From: an uncultured Planctomycetia bacterium
GTDB taxonomy: Bacteria; Omnitrophota; Gorgyraeia; Pluralincolimonadales; Pluralincolimonadaceae
Direction of reading: 5' to 3'
Length of the DNA stretch: 64,000 nucleotides
NCBI GenBank assembly: GCA_964650515.1
Contig: CAZYUB010000010.1
Coordinates: 12,938 to 76,937, forward strand
The notes beneath the pieces were generated by a model, which searched no databases, was not told where the DNA came from, and saw only the letters and a program-made list of their open reading frames with translations. Numbering within the stretch: the first letter of the stretch is position 1; each line of letters begins with the position of its first letter. Both the position numbers and the translations under genes were made by a program. Below are positions 38,487 through 47,760 of this stretch, in pieces.

Positions 38487-40875
38487 CTATGCTAACGAGC
38501 CTCTTCGGTACGACGACGATGTTCTTAACGGGCTTGCCCTCGAGCCATTGCTTCACCTTTTCGTCCGACAGGGCCAGCTCTTTGAGTTTTTCGTCGCTGA
38601 TGTCGTTGGGGACTTCCACCTTAGAACGGACCTTCCCGTTCACCTGTATTACTATCGTGATATTCTCGTCGACGAGCATCTTCGGGTCGAACTTCGGCCA
38701 GCCGGCCTTTAAGACGCTCTCCCTGTTACCGAGCGACCGCCATATCTCCTCGCAGAAATGCGGGGCTATCGGCGAGAGCATCAGAACGAGCGACGAATAT
38801 ACTTCCTTGTCCGCGCCGGACTGGTAGATAGCGTTGACGAGCTCCATCATCGCGGCGATAGCCGTGTTGAACTTGAACTCGCCTATATCATCCGTGACCT
38901 TCTTTATCGTCCTGTGCGTGAGGCGCACGAGCGACGGGTCGGCCTTCCCCTTAAGGTTCTCCTGTATGCGCCATACTCGCGTGAGGAACCTGAAAGCGCC
39001 CTCCGTTCCGCGCTCCTCCCACTCGAGTTCGGTCTCGGGCGGCGCCGCGAAAAGTATGAAGAGGCGCATCGTATCCGCACCGTATTTCGCGATTATCTCG
39101 TCGGGGTCTACGATATTCCCGCGCGATTTCGACATAACCTCGCCGTCCTTGAGCACCATGCCCTGCGTGAGGAGCTTTTGGAACGGCTCCCCGAAATCCA
39201 GCATGCCGATATCTTTCAGGAATTTCGTGAAGAACCTCGAATATAAAAGGTGCAGGACGGCGTGTTCGATACCTCCGATATACTGGTCGACCGGCATCCA
39301 GTATTTCACGTCGCCTTTCTCAAAAGCCGATGCGCTTGAATGGGGCGAGCAGAACCTCAGGAAATACCACGACGAATCTATGAACGTCGCCATCGTGTCC
39401 GTCTCGCGCTTCGCCGCGCCGCCGCACTTCGGGCACTTCGTTTCCGTAAAATCCTTTACCTGCGAAAGCGGGCTCCCGCCTTTGCCCGTGAATTCCACGT
39501 TCTTCGGCAGCACGACCGGCAGGTCCTTCTCGGGGACCGGCACTACGCCGCATTTCGCGCAATATATGACGGGTATAGGCGTCCCCCAATAACGCTGGCG
39601 CGATATAAGCCAGTCGCGCAGTCGCCAGTTGACCGTGCGCTTGCCGATGCCCGTCTTCTCCATCCACTCGGCGATCTTTTTCTTGCCTTCCGCGTTCGTA
39701 AGGCCGTCGAACTGCGCCGAATTCACCTGGACGCCATCTTCCTCATAGGCCTCGGCCATCTTATCCGGAGAGAGCTCTGTGTTTTTCGGCTGTATCACAA
39801 CGCGCATCGGAAGATTATGCTCTTTCGCGAAGAGAAAATCGCGCTGGTCGTGCGTCGGGACGGCCATTATGGCTCCCGTGCCGTATTCCATCAGCACATA
39901 ATCGGCCACCCATATCTGGACCGCCTCGTTATTTACGGGGTTTATCGCGTATGCGCCCGTAAATATGCCCTCTTTCTTCACGTCCGCCGCGACGCGGACG
40001 ACCTTGCTCTCTTTCGATACCTTATCTATGAATTGCAGGGCCTGTTTCTCCTGCGGCTTTCCCTTAATGAGCCCTTTGACAAGAGGATGCTCCGGCGCGA
40101 GCACTACGTATGTGCAGCCGAATATCGTGTCCTGGCGGGTGGTGAATACCGGCAGGGCCTCGCCCGACCCCTTGATCTTGAAAAATATCTCGACGCCTTC
40201 GCTCTTGCCTATCCAGTTCTTCTGCATCGTGATGACCCGCTCCGGCCAGTCCCTGAGCCCCGTGAGGTCGTCAAGCAGCCTTTCCTTATAAGCGGTTATC
40301 TTTATGAACCACTGGTCGAGCTCCTTCTGGTGGACCAAATTCTTGCAGCGCCAGCATTTCCCGTCGATGACCTCCTCGTTCGCGAGGGTCGTCTCGCAAT
40401 CGGGGCACCAGTTGACCACGGACGCCTTCTTATACGCGAGCCCCTTCTCCATCATCTTCAGGAATATCCACTGGTTCCAGCGGTAGTAATCGGGAAGGCA
40501 GGTCGAGACCTCGCGGTCCCAGTCGTAGGATAGGCCCATCTTCTTCAGCTGTTTGCGCATGTTGTCGATACAGCTTAAGGTCCAGGCCTCGGGGTGGCTC
40601 TTGTTCTTGATGGCGGCGTTCTCGGCCGGCTGGCCGAACGCGTCGTAGCCCATCGGGTGCAGCACGTTGTATCCCTGCATGATCTTCACGCGCGCGGCGA
40701 CATCGCCGATCGTGTAATTGCGGACATGGCCCATATGGATGCGGCCGGAAGGGTACGGGAACATCTCGAGCAGGTAATACTTCTTCTTCGACGGATCGGT
40801 CCTGGCCCGGAAGATCCCGCTCCTCTCCCATTCCCCCTGCCACTTCTCTTCTATCTGCTTAAAATCGTAATTCAA
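38479..40875 (-). CDS. leuS: leucine--tRNA ligase
   Basis: HMGH (PYPSGRIHMGHVRN) and KMSKS (VMSKSRGN) motifs with CP1 editing domain. The start is set at the TTG at 40875, which overlaps the nfo stop (TTGA) and has a GAGG SD. The ATG at 41031 would add a 52-aa non-homologous leader overlapping nfo. Confidence 0.93.
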   Translation of the reverse strand: MNYDFKQIEEKWQGEWERSGIFRARTDPSKKKYYLLEMFPYPSGRIHMGHVRNYTIGDVAARVKIMQGYNVLHPMGYDAFGQPAENAAIKNKSHPEAWTLSCIDNMRKQLKKMGLSYDWDREVSTCLPDYYRWNQWIFLKMMEKGLAYKKASVVNWCPDCETTLANEEVIDGKCWRCKNLVHQKELDQWFIKITAYKERLLDDLTGLRDWPERVITMQKNWIGKSEGVEIFFKIKGSGEALPVFTTRQDTIFGCTYVVLAPEHPLVKGLIKGKPQEKQALQFIDKVSKESKVVRVAADVKKEGIFTGAYAINPVNNEAVQIWVADYVLMEYGTGAIMAVPTHDQRDFLFAKEHNLPMRVVIQPKNTELSPDKMAEAYEEDGVQVNSAQFDGLTNAEGKKKIAEWMEKTGIGKRTVNWRLRDWLISRQRYWGTPIPVIYCAKCGVVPVPEKDLPVVLPKNVEFTGKGGSPLSQVKDFTETKCPKCGGAAKRETDTMATFIDSSWYFLRFCSPHSSASAFEKGDVKYWMPVDQYIGGIEHAVLHLLYSRFFTKFLKDIGMLDFGEPFQKLLTQGMVLKDGEVMSKSRGNIVDPDEIIAKYGADTMRLFILFAAPPETELEWEERGTEGAFRFLTRVWRIQENLKGKADPSLVRLTHRTIKKVTDDIGEFKFNTAIAAMMELVNAIYQSGADKEVYSSLVLMLSPIAPHFCEEIWRSLGNRESVLKAGWPKFDPKMLVDENITIVIQVNGKVRSKVEVPNDISDEKLKELALSDEKVKQWLEGKPVKNIVVVPKRLVSIVA

Positions 40876-41714
40876 TCCTTCCTCATCTTCCTGACGGCCG
40901 CGAGGTTCGCCTTGTCGGATTTCTCGGTCTCCTTCGGCGTCTCGAGTATGAACGCGCAATCCCTGAACTCCGGGCGGTTGACGATGCGTTTCATGCCCTC
41001 CGCTCCGATCCTGCCCTTGCCGATATGCCAATGCCTGTCGTTGTGCGAACCGAATTCGCTCATAGAATCGTTGAAATGTATTACCTTTATCTTATCAAGC
41101 CCTACGGTAGAATCAATATATTTAAGGAGCTTTTCCAGTCCTTCTTTCGTCTTGTCGTCATGGCCCGCCTCGAACGTATGCGCGGTATCAAGGCAGACGC
41201 CGACCTTACCTGCGTCTTTCACGTTTCCGATTATCTCTTCTATGTCCTCGAATTTTGAGCCGATCGAGTCCCCTCCGCCGGCGGTATTCTCGAGCAGTAT
41301 CGTCAGCTCCGGCTTGGCTCTGGATATCGCTTCGTTGAGCCCCTTCGAGAACCGGGCTATGCCGTAATCGCGGCCCTTCTCTTTCGGGCTGCCGAGGTGC
41401 GTCACGAAATAATCCGCGCCTATCATGTCGGCGCGCTTTATATCTTCTATATACGCGTCGACCGACTTGCGCCACAGTTTATCGTCGGGCGAGCACATGT
41501 TTATCAGGTACGGGATATGGACTACTACAGGCGAGATGCCCTTTGCCTTGCGGCGCCTTCGAAACTCCTCGGCATCCGCCGGGTCAAGCTCTAGCGCTTC
41601 CCACCCGCGCGGGTTGCGGCTGAAGATCTGGAACGTATTGCAGCCGAGCGCCGCGGCCCTGTCGACCGCCTCGTAGATATGCCCGGCTATGGATACATGG
41701 ACGCCGAGTTTCAT
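40872..41714 (-). CDS. nfo: deoxyribonuclease IV (endonuclease IV)
   Basis: Xylose-isomerase-like TIM barrel with Zn-ligand motifs (HIPYLINMCS, YFVTHLGS, ILLENTAGGG, VCLDTAHTFEAGHD). 280 aa. Confidence 0.9.
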   Translation of the reverse strand: MKLGVHVSIAGHIYEAVDRAAALGCNTFQIFSRNPRGWEALELDPADAEEFRRRRKAKGISPVVVHIPYLINMCSPDDKLWRKSVDAYIEDIKRADMIGADYFVTHLGSPKEKGRDYGIARFSKGLNEAISRAKPELTILLENTAGGGDSIGSKFEDIEEIIGNVKDAGKVGVCLDTAHTFEAGHDDKTKEGLEKLLKYIDSTVGLDKIKVIHFNDSMSEFGSHNDRHWHIGKGRIGAEGMKRIVNRPEFRDCAFILETPKETEKSDKANLAAVRKMRKD

Positions 41715-41732
41715 AGGCCTCCCGGAAAGAAA

Positions 41733-41808
41733 TGGTGGAGCTGAGGGGGATCGAACCCCTTACCTCCTGCATGCCATGCAGGCGCTCTCCCAGGTGAGCT
41801 ACAGCCCC
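41733..41808 (-). tRNA. tRNA-Ala (anticodon GGC)
   Basis: Hand-folded cloverleaf: 7-bp acceptor stem with G3:U70 (alanine identity), anticodon loop AUGGCAU, T-arm GGGGTTCGATCCCC, encoded CCA. 76 nt. Confidence 0.9.
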
Positions 41809-41854
41809 ACATTATCGGTCATTTTGTGTATACTATGGTTGACCGATAATGTGG
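41807..41854. repeat. perfect 15-bp inverted repeat (CCACATTATCGGTCA / TGACCGATAATGTGG) with 18-bp spacer, abutting the tRNA-Ala 5' end
   Basis: Read directly from sequence. Arms are at 41807-41821 and 41840-41854. The right arm carries a GATAAT -10-like hexamer in the tRNA's transcriptional orientation. Confidence 0.6.
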
Positions 41855-41966
41855 GATGGTCCGCTGCATCTTAAAGCGGGGACCTACCCCACGTAGCAAT
41901 ATCATCGGTCAAACAGGATTTAAATGATACCACTTCCGGGCCCCGCCGTCAACCGTCCAGTTGTCA

Positions 41967-41995
41967 TTGACAATGCCCCCCTCTGATGGTATATT
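41967..41995 (+). promoter_or_regulatory. near-consensus sigma70 promoter for the nfeD-stomatin operon (TTGACA-17-TATATT)
   Basis: TTGACA at 41967-41972, 17-bp spacer, TATATT at 41990-41995. A TAAGGAGG RBS then precedes the ATG at 42038. Confidence 0.6.
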
Positions 41996-42037
41996 TTACC
42001 AGAGTCATCTCCGTGGCATATAACTAAGGAGGTTCGC

Positions 42038-42649
42038 ATGCTTGAAGGGCTATTGAACGGATTGCGAGACCCGAATATCGTATATCTGCTGCTCGTGATC
42101 GGCTTTTACGGGATAATATTCGAGATAGCGACGCCCGGCGTGTCCGTAGGCGGCATCATAGGCGTAGCGGGGCTTATCCTTGCCTTCGTTGGCATGAATT
42201 CGCTGCCGGTTAATTATACTGGCCTGATCCTGATGCTGCTGAGCTTCATCTTCTTTGTGCTGGAGGTCAAGACCCCGACCCACGGGATATTGTCGGTCTG
42301 CGGCATACTCGCGCTGACTATCGGCTCGCTTATACTGTTCAAGGCGGACCCGCAGTTCACGAGTTTATCTAAAGCGTTGATAGCAGCGATAGTAATAAGC
42401 ACTACCGCCCTAATGGTATTCGTCCTGCCGCTTATAATCAAAGCTCAGGTACGGAGGGCGTCATCCGGCATGGAGAGCCTGACCGACGCAACGGGCGAAG
42501 CCAAGACGGACCTTGTACCTAAGGGTATCGTACATGTAAAGGGCGAGGAATGGTACGCCGAATCGCTCGAGGGGACGATCAAGGCGGGGGAAAAAATAAA
42601 GATAAAATCGGTTGACGGACTGGTTGTCAAAGTAGAGAAAGTGAGGTAA
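42038..42649 (+). CDS. nfeD: NfeD-family membrane protein (stomatin operon partner)
   Basis: Three or four TM helices followed by a C-terminal OB-fold/beta domain (GIVHVKGEEWYAES...GEKIKIKSVDGLVVKVEKV). Directly upstream of an SPFH protein. Confidence 0.7.
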   Translation: MLEGLLNGLRDPNIVYLLLVIGFYGIIFEIATPGVSVGGIIGVAGLILAFVGMNSLPVNYTGLILMLLSFIFFVLEVKTPTHGILSVCGILALTIGSLILFKADPQFTSLSKALIAAIVISTTALMVFVLPLIIKAQVRRASSGMESLTDATGEAKTDLVPKGIVHVKGEEWYAESLEGTIKAGEKIKIKSVDGLVVKVEKVR

Positions 42650-42652
42650 CAG

Positions 42653-43516
42653 ATGGCTATTACGGGTTTTGTATTTTTCTTTATCCTTATAGTAGGCCTT
42701 ATAATCCTGTCGAACTCGATAAAGATCGTCAGGGAATACAAGCGCCTCGTCGTCTTCCGCCTCGGCCGTTCGATAGGACAGCGCGGCCCCGGCATCGTCT
42801 TCCTGATACCGATAATAGACCAGGCGATAAGCGTCGACCTGCGCGAGCTCTTCCTCGAGATACCGCAACAGACCTGTATCACGAAGGATAACGCTCCGAT
42901 ATCCATCGACTTCCTTATCTACTGGAAAGTCATAGACCCTGACCTCAGTGTCATAAAGGTCGGCAATTTTGCCGCAGCGTCGCAGGGCATCGCGACGACT
43001 ACACTGAGGGCTGTCGTCGGCGATATCGCGCTCGATGAGGTCCTTTCGAAACGCGAACAGATAAACCAGATACTGCGCCAAAAACTCGATGAGGTCACCG
43101 AACGCTGGGGCGTCAAAGTAACGACCGTCGAGATCCGCGAGATCATGCCGCCCAAGGACGTATCCGACGCGATGATCAAACAGATGTCCGCCGAAAGGAC
43201 CCGCCGCGCCGTGATCATTGAGGCTGAGGGCACGAAGGCCGCGGCGATAACCGTAGCCGAAGGCCAGAAACAGTCGGAGATACTTAAAGCCGAGGGCGAC
43301 AGGCAGGCTGCTATCTTGAGGGCTGAAGGTTTCGCGCTCGCTTTGGACAAGATATTCTCGGTCGCGAAGGGTGTCGACTCGAAAACATTATCCCTCCAGT
43401 ACCTCGAAACACTGAAGGCGTTGGGCCAGAGCCCCGCTACGAAGTATATCTTCCCGATGGAGTTCATGAACCTGCTTGAGCCGTTCGTGAAGAATACTAA
43501 AGATGCGATGAAATAA
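42653..43516 (+). CDS. SPFH/band-7 (stomatin-like) protein
   Basis: N-terminal TM, an SPFH domain (IKIVREYKRLVVFRLGR...DLRE), and a C-terminal coiled coil with AEG repeats. Confidence 0.85.
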   Translation: MAITGFVFFFILIVGLIILSNSIKIVREYKRLVVFRLGRSIGQRGPGIVFLIPIIDQAISVDLRELFLEIPQQTCITKDNAPISIDFLIYWKVIDPDLSVIKVGNFAAASQGIATTTLRAVVGDIALDEVLSKREQINQILRQKLDEVTERWGVKVTTVEIREIMPPKDVSDAMIKQMSAERTRRAVIIEAEGTKAAAITVAEGQKQSEILKAEGDRQAAILRAEGFALALDKIFSVAKGVDSKTLSLQYLETLKALGQSPATKYIFPMEFMNLLEPFVKNTKDAMK

Positions 43517-43522
43517 GCTATT

Positions 43523-43609
43523 GCCGGGGTGTTGGAACTGGCATACAAGTCAGTCTCAAAAACTGATGTCCGTAAGGGCATGAGGGTTCAACTCCCTCCC
43601 CCGGCACCA
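43523..43609 (+). tRNA. tRNA-Leu (anticodon CAA), long-variable-arm class
   Basis: Hand-folded: 7-bp GC-rich acceptor stem (GCCGGGG/CCCCGGC), anticodon loop CUCAAAA, 15-nt variable stem-loop, T-arm GAGGGTTCAACTCCCTC, encoded CCA. 87 nt. Confidence 0.88.
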
Positions 43610-43725
43610 TAATTCCCCGCTAATGGATGTTATGGAATATCCCGTGTTCAGCCGGTGAGGATTTCAAGGAAATCCGACCGGCGCTTTGGACGCGGGATAT
43701 ATTTTGCCCTGTGCTTATAACAGCG

Positions 43726-43765
43726 GAGTGTCCCCTTTTTACACGTCCCTAAGTGACACGTCCCC
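43726..43765 (+). repeat. triple tandem ~10-bp direct repeat (GAGTGTCCCC / tACACGTCCC / GACACGTCCCC; 14-15 bp period), copy A
   Basis: Read from sequence. It ends 3 nt before the APC permease stop codon. An inverted second copy lies at 50052..50091. Confidence 0.6.
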
Positions 43766-43768
43766 TAT

Positions 43769-45760
43769 TTAAACTCTTATCGGAAGTATCACCACCGGTA
43801 TCCCCTCGTGGTAGAACTTGCGCTGCATCGAGAATACGGTGTAGTTGTGGAGCAACCTGGTGAGGAACGTCTCTTTAGGGAAGACGATCTGGCCGCCGAA
43901 GAATACGGCCTGCGGGTATTTCTCCGTTATCCGGGGAGCGAGCGCGGAGGTCTCCTCGACCACATCCGTGCCTATGGAAAACATGCCTTCAGCGTGATAG
44001 CCGTGTTTTTCGACGAAATCCACATACCTGTCTATCTCGCCTTTCGCGTGCGCTTCCAGCTTCTCGAGTTCCTCTGCGCCCTTGAAATTACCGGCATCGA
44101 TTATGGCTACCTGCACAAACACGAAATTCTTGAACGAATCCCCGAACAGCCTGAATACGTTAAACAGCGTGTGCAGCCCCATCCCGTTGAACCCGTTTAC
44201 GAGCAGCACGGCCGTCTTCGCCTCGGGATCGAACTCGCCCTTCTCCTTCTTAGTTATGCCGGGGATGTTCTCGGAGCTCGAATAGCCCGCCGCCATGACA
44301 AGGTTATCTAGCCTCTTAAGCAGTTTGGCGGTATTCTCATAATGGCGCTTTATTCCCAGGACTATCAGGACAAGCGTGCCCGTTACGAACAAGGTTACCC
44401 ATCCTCCCTCGTTGAACTTAATGACCGTTACCGAAACGAGGATAAAAGCGGTCATTATCAGCCCCACGCCGTTGACCGCCATCTTCCTGCGCCAATGGTC
44501 GAGCCTCTTGCGGTTCTTCCACCAGTAACGGACCATGCCCAGCTGTGACAGAAGGAATGTGATGAACACATTAATACTGTAGAGGACCACGAGCAGAGCG
44601 ACGGAGCCGCGCGTCGCGAGCATCATTACAAGGGCCGCCACGCCCATTATAAGGACCCCGTTCTGAGTAACGAAACGGTCGCTCAGTGTGGCAAACCTGC
44701 TCGGCACCCAGCGGTCTATGGCCATGTTCGCGAGTATCCTCGGGCCTCCGACAAAACCTGTCTGAGCCGCGACAAAAAGCAGCACCGCCTCGGATACCAG
44801 CGTTATGAGCACGAAAGGATAACCCCAGGTCGCGCCCCAGGGTTCCGTTATCCGCTCAAGAAGGATGGCGTTGAACGTCTTGCCTTCCTGGAACTGCACC
44901 CTGAAAAGGACATACGCAAGCATGAGGCCAAGCACGGTTATCGCCAGGGAGATGGCCATATAATTCATAGTGCGCTTGGCCGTCTGGACCCTCGGCTCGC
45001 GAAGCATAGGCAGCGAATTGCTGACGGCTTCGATACCCGTATACGTGCCGGCGCCCATGCTGTAGGCGCGCATTACCATGATTATCATGCCCACTGTCCC
45101 GAGTGAGGCGGATGTGGTGTAAAGGTCGGCCTTTGTGGCCGACACCACGTCGGGCAGGTTCATGGCATGCGTCACTATGGCGTAAATTATGACGATAGCA
45201 TGCGTGACCACGAACGTAATGAATATGGGCATTAGGACCATGACCGATTCCTTGACGCCCCTGAGATTTAACATTATAAGGATGATGACCACCATCGAGG
45301 CAAAAAACAGCTTATACGGGAGCCATTCCGCCGGCAGGAAGCTGAAGACGGCGTCCGCCCCGGCGGCAATCGATACCGTGATAGTCAGAGCGTAGTCGAT
45401 CAGCAACGCGCTTCCGGATACCATGCCCACGGTCGGGGAGAGCAGCTTGCTCGCCACAAGATAGCCGCCTCCTCCGGACGGGAACACCTCTATAAGCTGC
45501 GAATAGCTGGAACTTATTATGAAGATGGTTATGGCGGTCGCGAGGGCAACAAAGATGCCTAGGTACATGTGGCCCTGCAACGCTACAAAGGCCTCCTGGG
45601 GGCCGTAGCACGAGGACGACAACCCGTCCGCGCCTATTCCCACCCACGCGAAGAACGCTATGAGCGATATCTTATGAAAAAGTTTTTTGTCGTGCGGGTC
45701 ATGCGCGCCGCCGATCACTATATTTTTAAGCTTCTTGCCTATGCCCGATCCTGATGCCAT
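43769..45760 (-). CDS. APC-family amino acid/polyamine permease with a C-terminal cytoplasmic alpha/beta (Usp-like) extension
   Basis: ~12 TM APC core (GSALLIDYALTITVSIAAGADAVF...) plus a ~200-aa soluble C-terminal domain. 663 aa. Confidence 0.75.
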   Translation of the reverse strand: MASGSGIGKKLKNIVIGGAHDPHDKKLFHKISLIAFFAWVGIGADGLSSSCYGPQEAFVALQGHMYLGIFVALATAITIFIISSSYSQLIEVFPSGGGGYLVASKLLSPTVGMVSGSALLIDYALTITVSIAAGADAVFSFLPAEWLPYKLFFASMVVIILIMLNLRGVKESVMVLMPIFITFVVTHAIVIIYAIVTHAMNLPDVVSATKADLYTTSASLGTVGMIIMVMRAYSMGAGTYTGIEAVSNSLPMLREPRVQTAKRTMNYMAISLAITVLGLMLAYVLFRVQFQEGKTFNAILLERITEPWGATWGYPFVLITLVSEAVLLFVAAQTGFVGGPRILANMAIDRWVPSRFATLSDRFVTQNGVLIMGVAALVMMLATRGSVALLVVLYSINVFITFLLSQLGMVRYWWKNRKRLDHWRRKMAVNGVGLIMTAFILVSVTVIKFNEGGWVTLFVTGTLVLIVLGIKRHYENTAKLLKRLDNLVMAAGYSSSENIPGITKKEKGEFDPEAKTAVLLVNGFNGMGLHTLFNVFRLFGDSFKNFVFVQVAIIDAGNFKGAEELEKLEAHAKGEIDRYVDFVEKHGYHAEGMFSIGTDVVEETSALAPRITEKYPQAVFFGGQIVFPKETFLTRLLHNYTVFSMQRKFYHEGIPVVILPIRV

Positions 45761-45763
45761 GCG

Positions 45764-46987
45764 TTAAGCCCTCACTGACCTGATATCATACCACATGTAG
45801 GCGAATATAGGAACGGCAAGAAGCTCGATGCCTATCGTTACCCCGATCAAGACCGGCAGCGAGACGTCGTAAAGCACGCCCATAAGCGCGGCGCCGATGA
45901 ACATAGCCACACCGTAGACCGTATTAAAGATGCCGTAGCCCGTCCCCCTCTTCTTCATCGGGGTAAGGTCCGCGATAGCCGATTTCATTATCGTCTCGTG
46001 TATGCCCATGACAACGCCCCAGAGCAGGACACTGACCGCTACGAGGCCAATATTAGCCGAGAAAGCGAACAGCGGTATCGCCGCCGAAAGGACGGGAATG
46101 GCTGCAAGGGTCAACAGGCCGGCTTTCTCGTTCCTGCTCCTGTGTTTCATGACATCGTAGGCCTTGCCTATCACAAGAGCGGCGATGCCGTCGACCGCCA
46201 TCGCAATAGCGTAGAAAAGCGGTATCTGCGCGTCGGTAAGCACGCCCTTCGCCTTAAAATGGTAACCGAGCAGGGCGAAATTCACGAAACCCACCGTCGC
46301 GACGAGAGTAAACGCCGTGTATATCCAAAAGACCTTTGATAACTTATCCGGTTCCGGCGGTTTATTGAGCGCGGCTTCCAGTTTCTCGGGATCCGGCACG
46401 CGCAGGTACGCGAAGAATACGCACGCCATCACGAGCAGGAACGGCACCCAGAAGAGCCTGTAGCCCGCCTGGTATTTCGCGATATCGCTCTGGGTATTGC
46501 CGACCATCATAAAAAGCGCCATGAATATCAAAGGGCCCGTCAACGCGCCGAGCTGGTCCATGAACTCCGACAGCCCGAAGCCGAAACCCGTCCCGACCTG
46601 TTTTGACGCCTGCGATACGATCGTGTCGCGCGCGGGAGCCCTGAGGGCCTTGCCGAGCCGCTCGAGGACTATGAAGAGCGCGGCTACCTGCCAAACCCCC
46701 GTCAGCGACAGCATAGGGACGGTCGCGAGCATGCCGTAACCGATGAACGTGAAGAGCCAGTATGCCCTGGTCTTGTCGGCGAAATAACCCGACAGCAGGC
46801 GTATAGCGTAACCGATAAATTCCCCGAGCCCGGCGATAAAACCGACCGTCGCGGCGCTGACGCCGAGCGTCTTCAGGTACGGGCCGTTAACGCTGCGCGC
46901 GCCCTCGTAAACGATATCCCCGAACAAACTCACGAGCCCGAAGAGGATAATAAGGTTCATCGCGGCTTTTTTATTATTGTCTTTCAT
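45764..46987 (-). CDS. MFS transporter
   Basis: 12-TM major-facilitator topology, 407 aa, with the basic loop motif between TM2 and TM3. Confidence 0.75.
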   Translation of the reverse strand: MKDNNKKAAMNLIILFGLVSLFGDIVYEGARSVNGPYLKTLGVSAATVGFIAGLGEFIGYAIRLLSGYFADKTRAYWLFTFIGYGMLATVPMLSLTGVWQVAALFIVLERLGKALRAPARDTIVSQASKQVGTGFGFGLSEFMDQLGALTGPLIFMALFMMVGNTQSDIAKYQAGYRLFWVPFLLVMACVFFAYLRVPDPEKLEAALNKPPEPDKLSKVFWIYTAFTLVATVGFVNFALLGYHFKAKGVLTDAQIPLFYAIAMAVDGIAALVIGKAYDVMKHRSRNEKAGLLTLAAIPVLSAAIPLFAFSANIGLVAVSVLLWGVVMGIHETIMKSAIADLTPMKKRGTGYGIFNTVYGVAMFIGAALMGVLYDVSLPVLIGVTIGIELLAVPIFAYMWYDIRSVRA

Positions 46988-47292
46988 GCGATCAGCTCGA
47001 ACGCCTTCGTGACTTCCATCCCCACGGCAATCCCGAGATCCGCGGCCTTCTTGTTCACCTTCGATATCTTCCTGTTAGGGAAACGGTCGAGCGTGCCGAT
47101 CGGGTTATCCGGCGTACTCTCGACCATCGCCGCGGCCGCATTGAACCTGTCTATCGCCTCGAGGTCGAAGACGCCGCAGACGAGGAAACCCTTCTTTCCT
47201 GTCACCATCAGTATGCTGAACCCCGGCCATTTTACCTGGACCCCTTCCACAAGCCCGTTCTTCGTCTCGTATGACCTGGTTATCGTTTCCAT
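46984..47292 (-). CDS. small conserved hypothetical protein (possibly DUF1805-like)
   Basis: 102 aa, soluble. 4-nt overlap with the MFS gene and 13-nt overlap with the anti-sigma gene imply co-translation. Family not recognised with confidence. Confidence 0.4.
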   Translation of the reverse strand: METITRSYETKNGLVEGVQVKWPGFSILMVTGKKGFLVCGVFDLEAIDRFNAAAAMVESTPDNPIGTLDRFPNRKISKVNKKAADLGIAVGMEVTKAFELIA

Positions 47293-47759
47293 CTTGACGA
47301 TGCCTCCTTCTCCTGCTCATGGCGGTGTTTCGCGTCCATCGATATTATCAATGTCCGTATACCCTCGCTCTCCGATACCCATTTGAGCCCGAGTATAAGC
47401 GTCGCCACAAGGAATTGCGCGAAATATTTAGGCGCGGTGAACGACAGCGTGAACGCTATTACCGTGGCGGCAAGCCAGATATAACTCTGCATCCTCTTCT
47501 TCCCCGTATCCATCTTCGCAAGGCCTTTCGCTTTTTCTTTTAATTTTGCCGGCGTATCCGCGAGGGCGCCTTCGGCGAGCATGCTTTCGGCCGTATGCGC
47601 CGCCCTTATATTCTCAAGGCATGATGCGCAGGCCGAAGCGTGCTCTTCAAGGCGGTCCTTCTCCCACGGGGTCATCGCGCCGCCTACATACCTGGCCAGC
47701 ACCGCCTCGTCGGGGCACGTTATCTTTGTTTCGCGGAGGTTGCCTATGCTCTTTTCCAT
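47280..47759 (-). CDS. putative zinc-finger (zf-HC2-like) membrane anti-sigma factor
   Basis: N-terminal H-x3-C-x2-C motif (EEHASACASCLE) and one TM helix. It lies immediately downstream of the ECF sigma factor. Confidence 0.55.
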   Translation of the reverse strand: MEKSIGNLRETKITCPDEAVLARYVGGAMTPWEKDRLEEHASACASCLENIRAAHTAESMLAEGALADTPAKLKEKAKGLAKMDTGKKRMQSYIWLAATVIAFTLSFTAPKYFAQFLVATLILGLKWVSESEGIRTLIISMDAKHRHEQEKEASSRWKR

Positions 47760-47760
47760 A

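Noticed and set aside
39340-40533. 397-aa plus-strand ORF opposite leuS, and similar antisense ORFs over GH94 (50289..51335, 51654..52781), GH26 (55030..55914), comEC (34723..35676) and the His-rich GH (62489..63517)
   Set aside because: All lie antisense within strongly supported coding regions and show the Arg/Leu/Pro-rich composition expected from reading GC-rich codons backwards.
43640-43665. GGATTTC-AAG-GAAATCC hairpin after tRNA-Leu as a terminator
   Set aside because: 7-bp stem with a 3-nt loop and no following T-run. Too weak to call.
43808-44311. 167-aa plus-strand ORF just downstream of repeat copy A
   Set aside because: Antisense to the C-terminal Usp-like domain of the APC permease. 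No RBS. Likely spurious.
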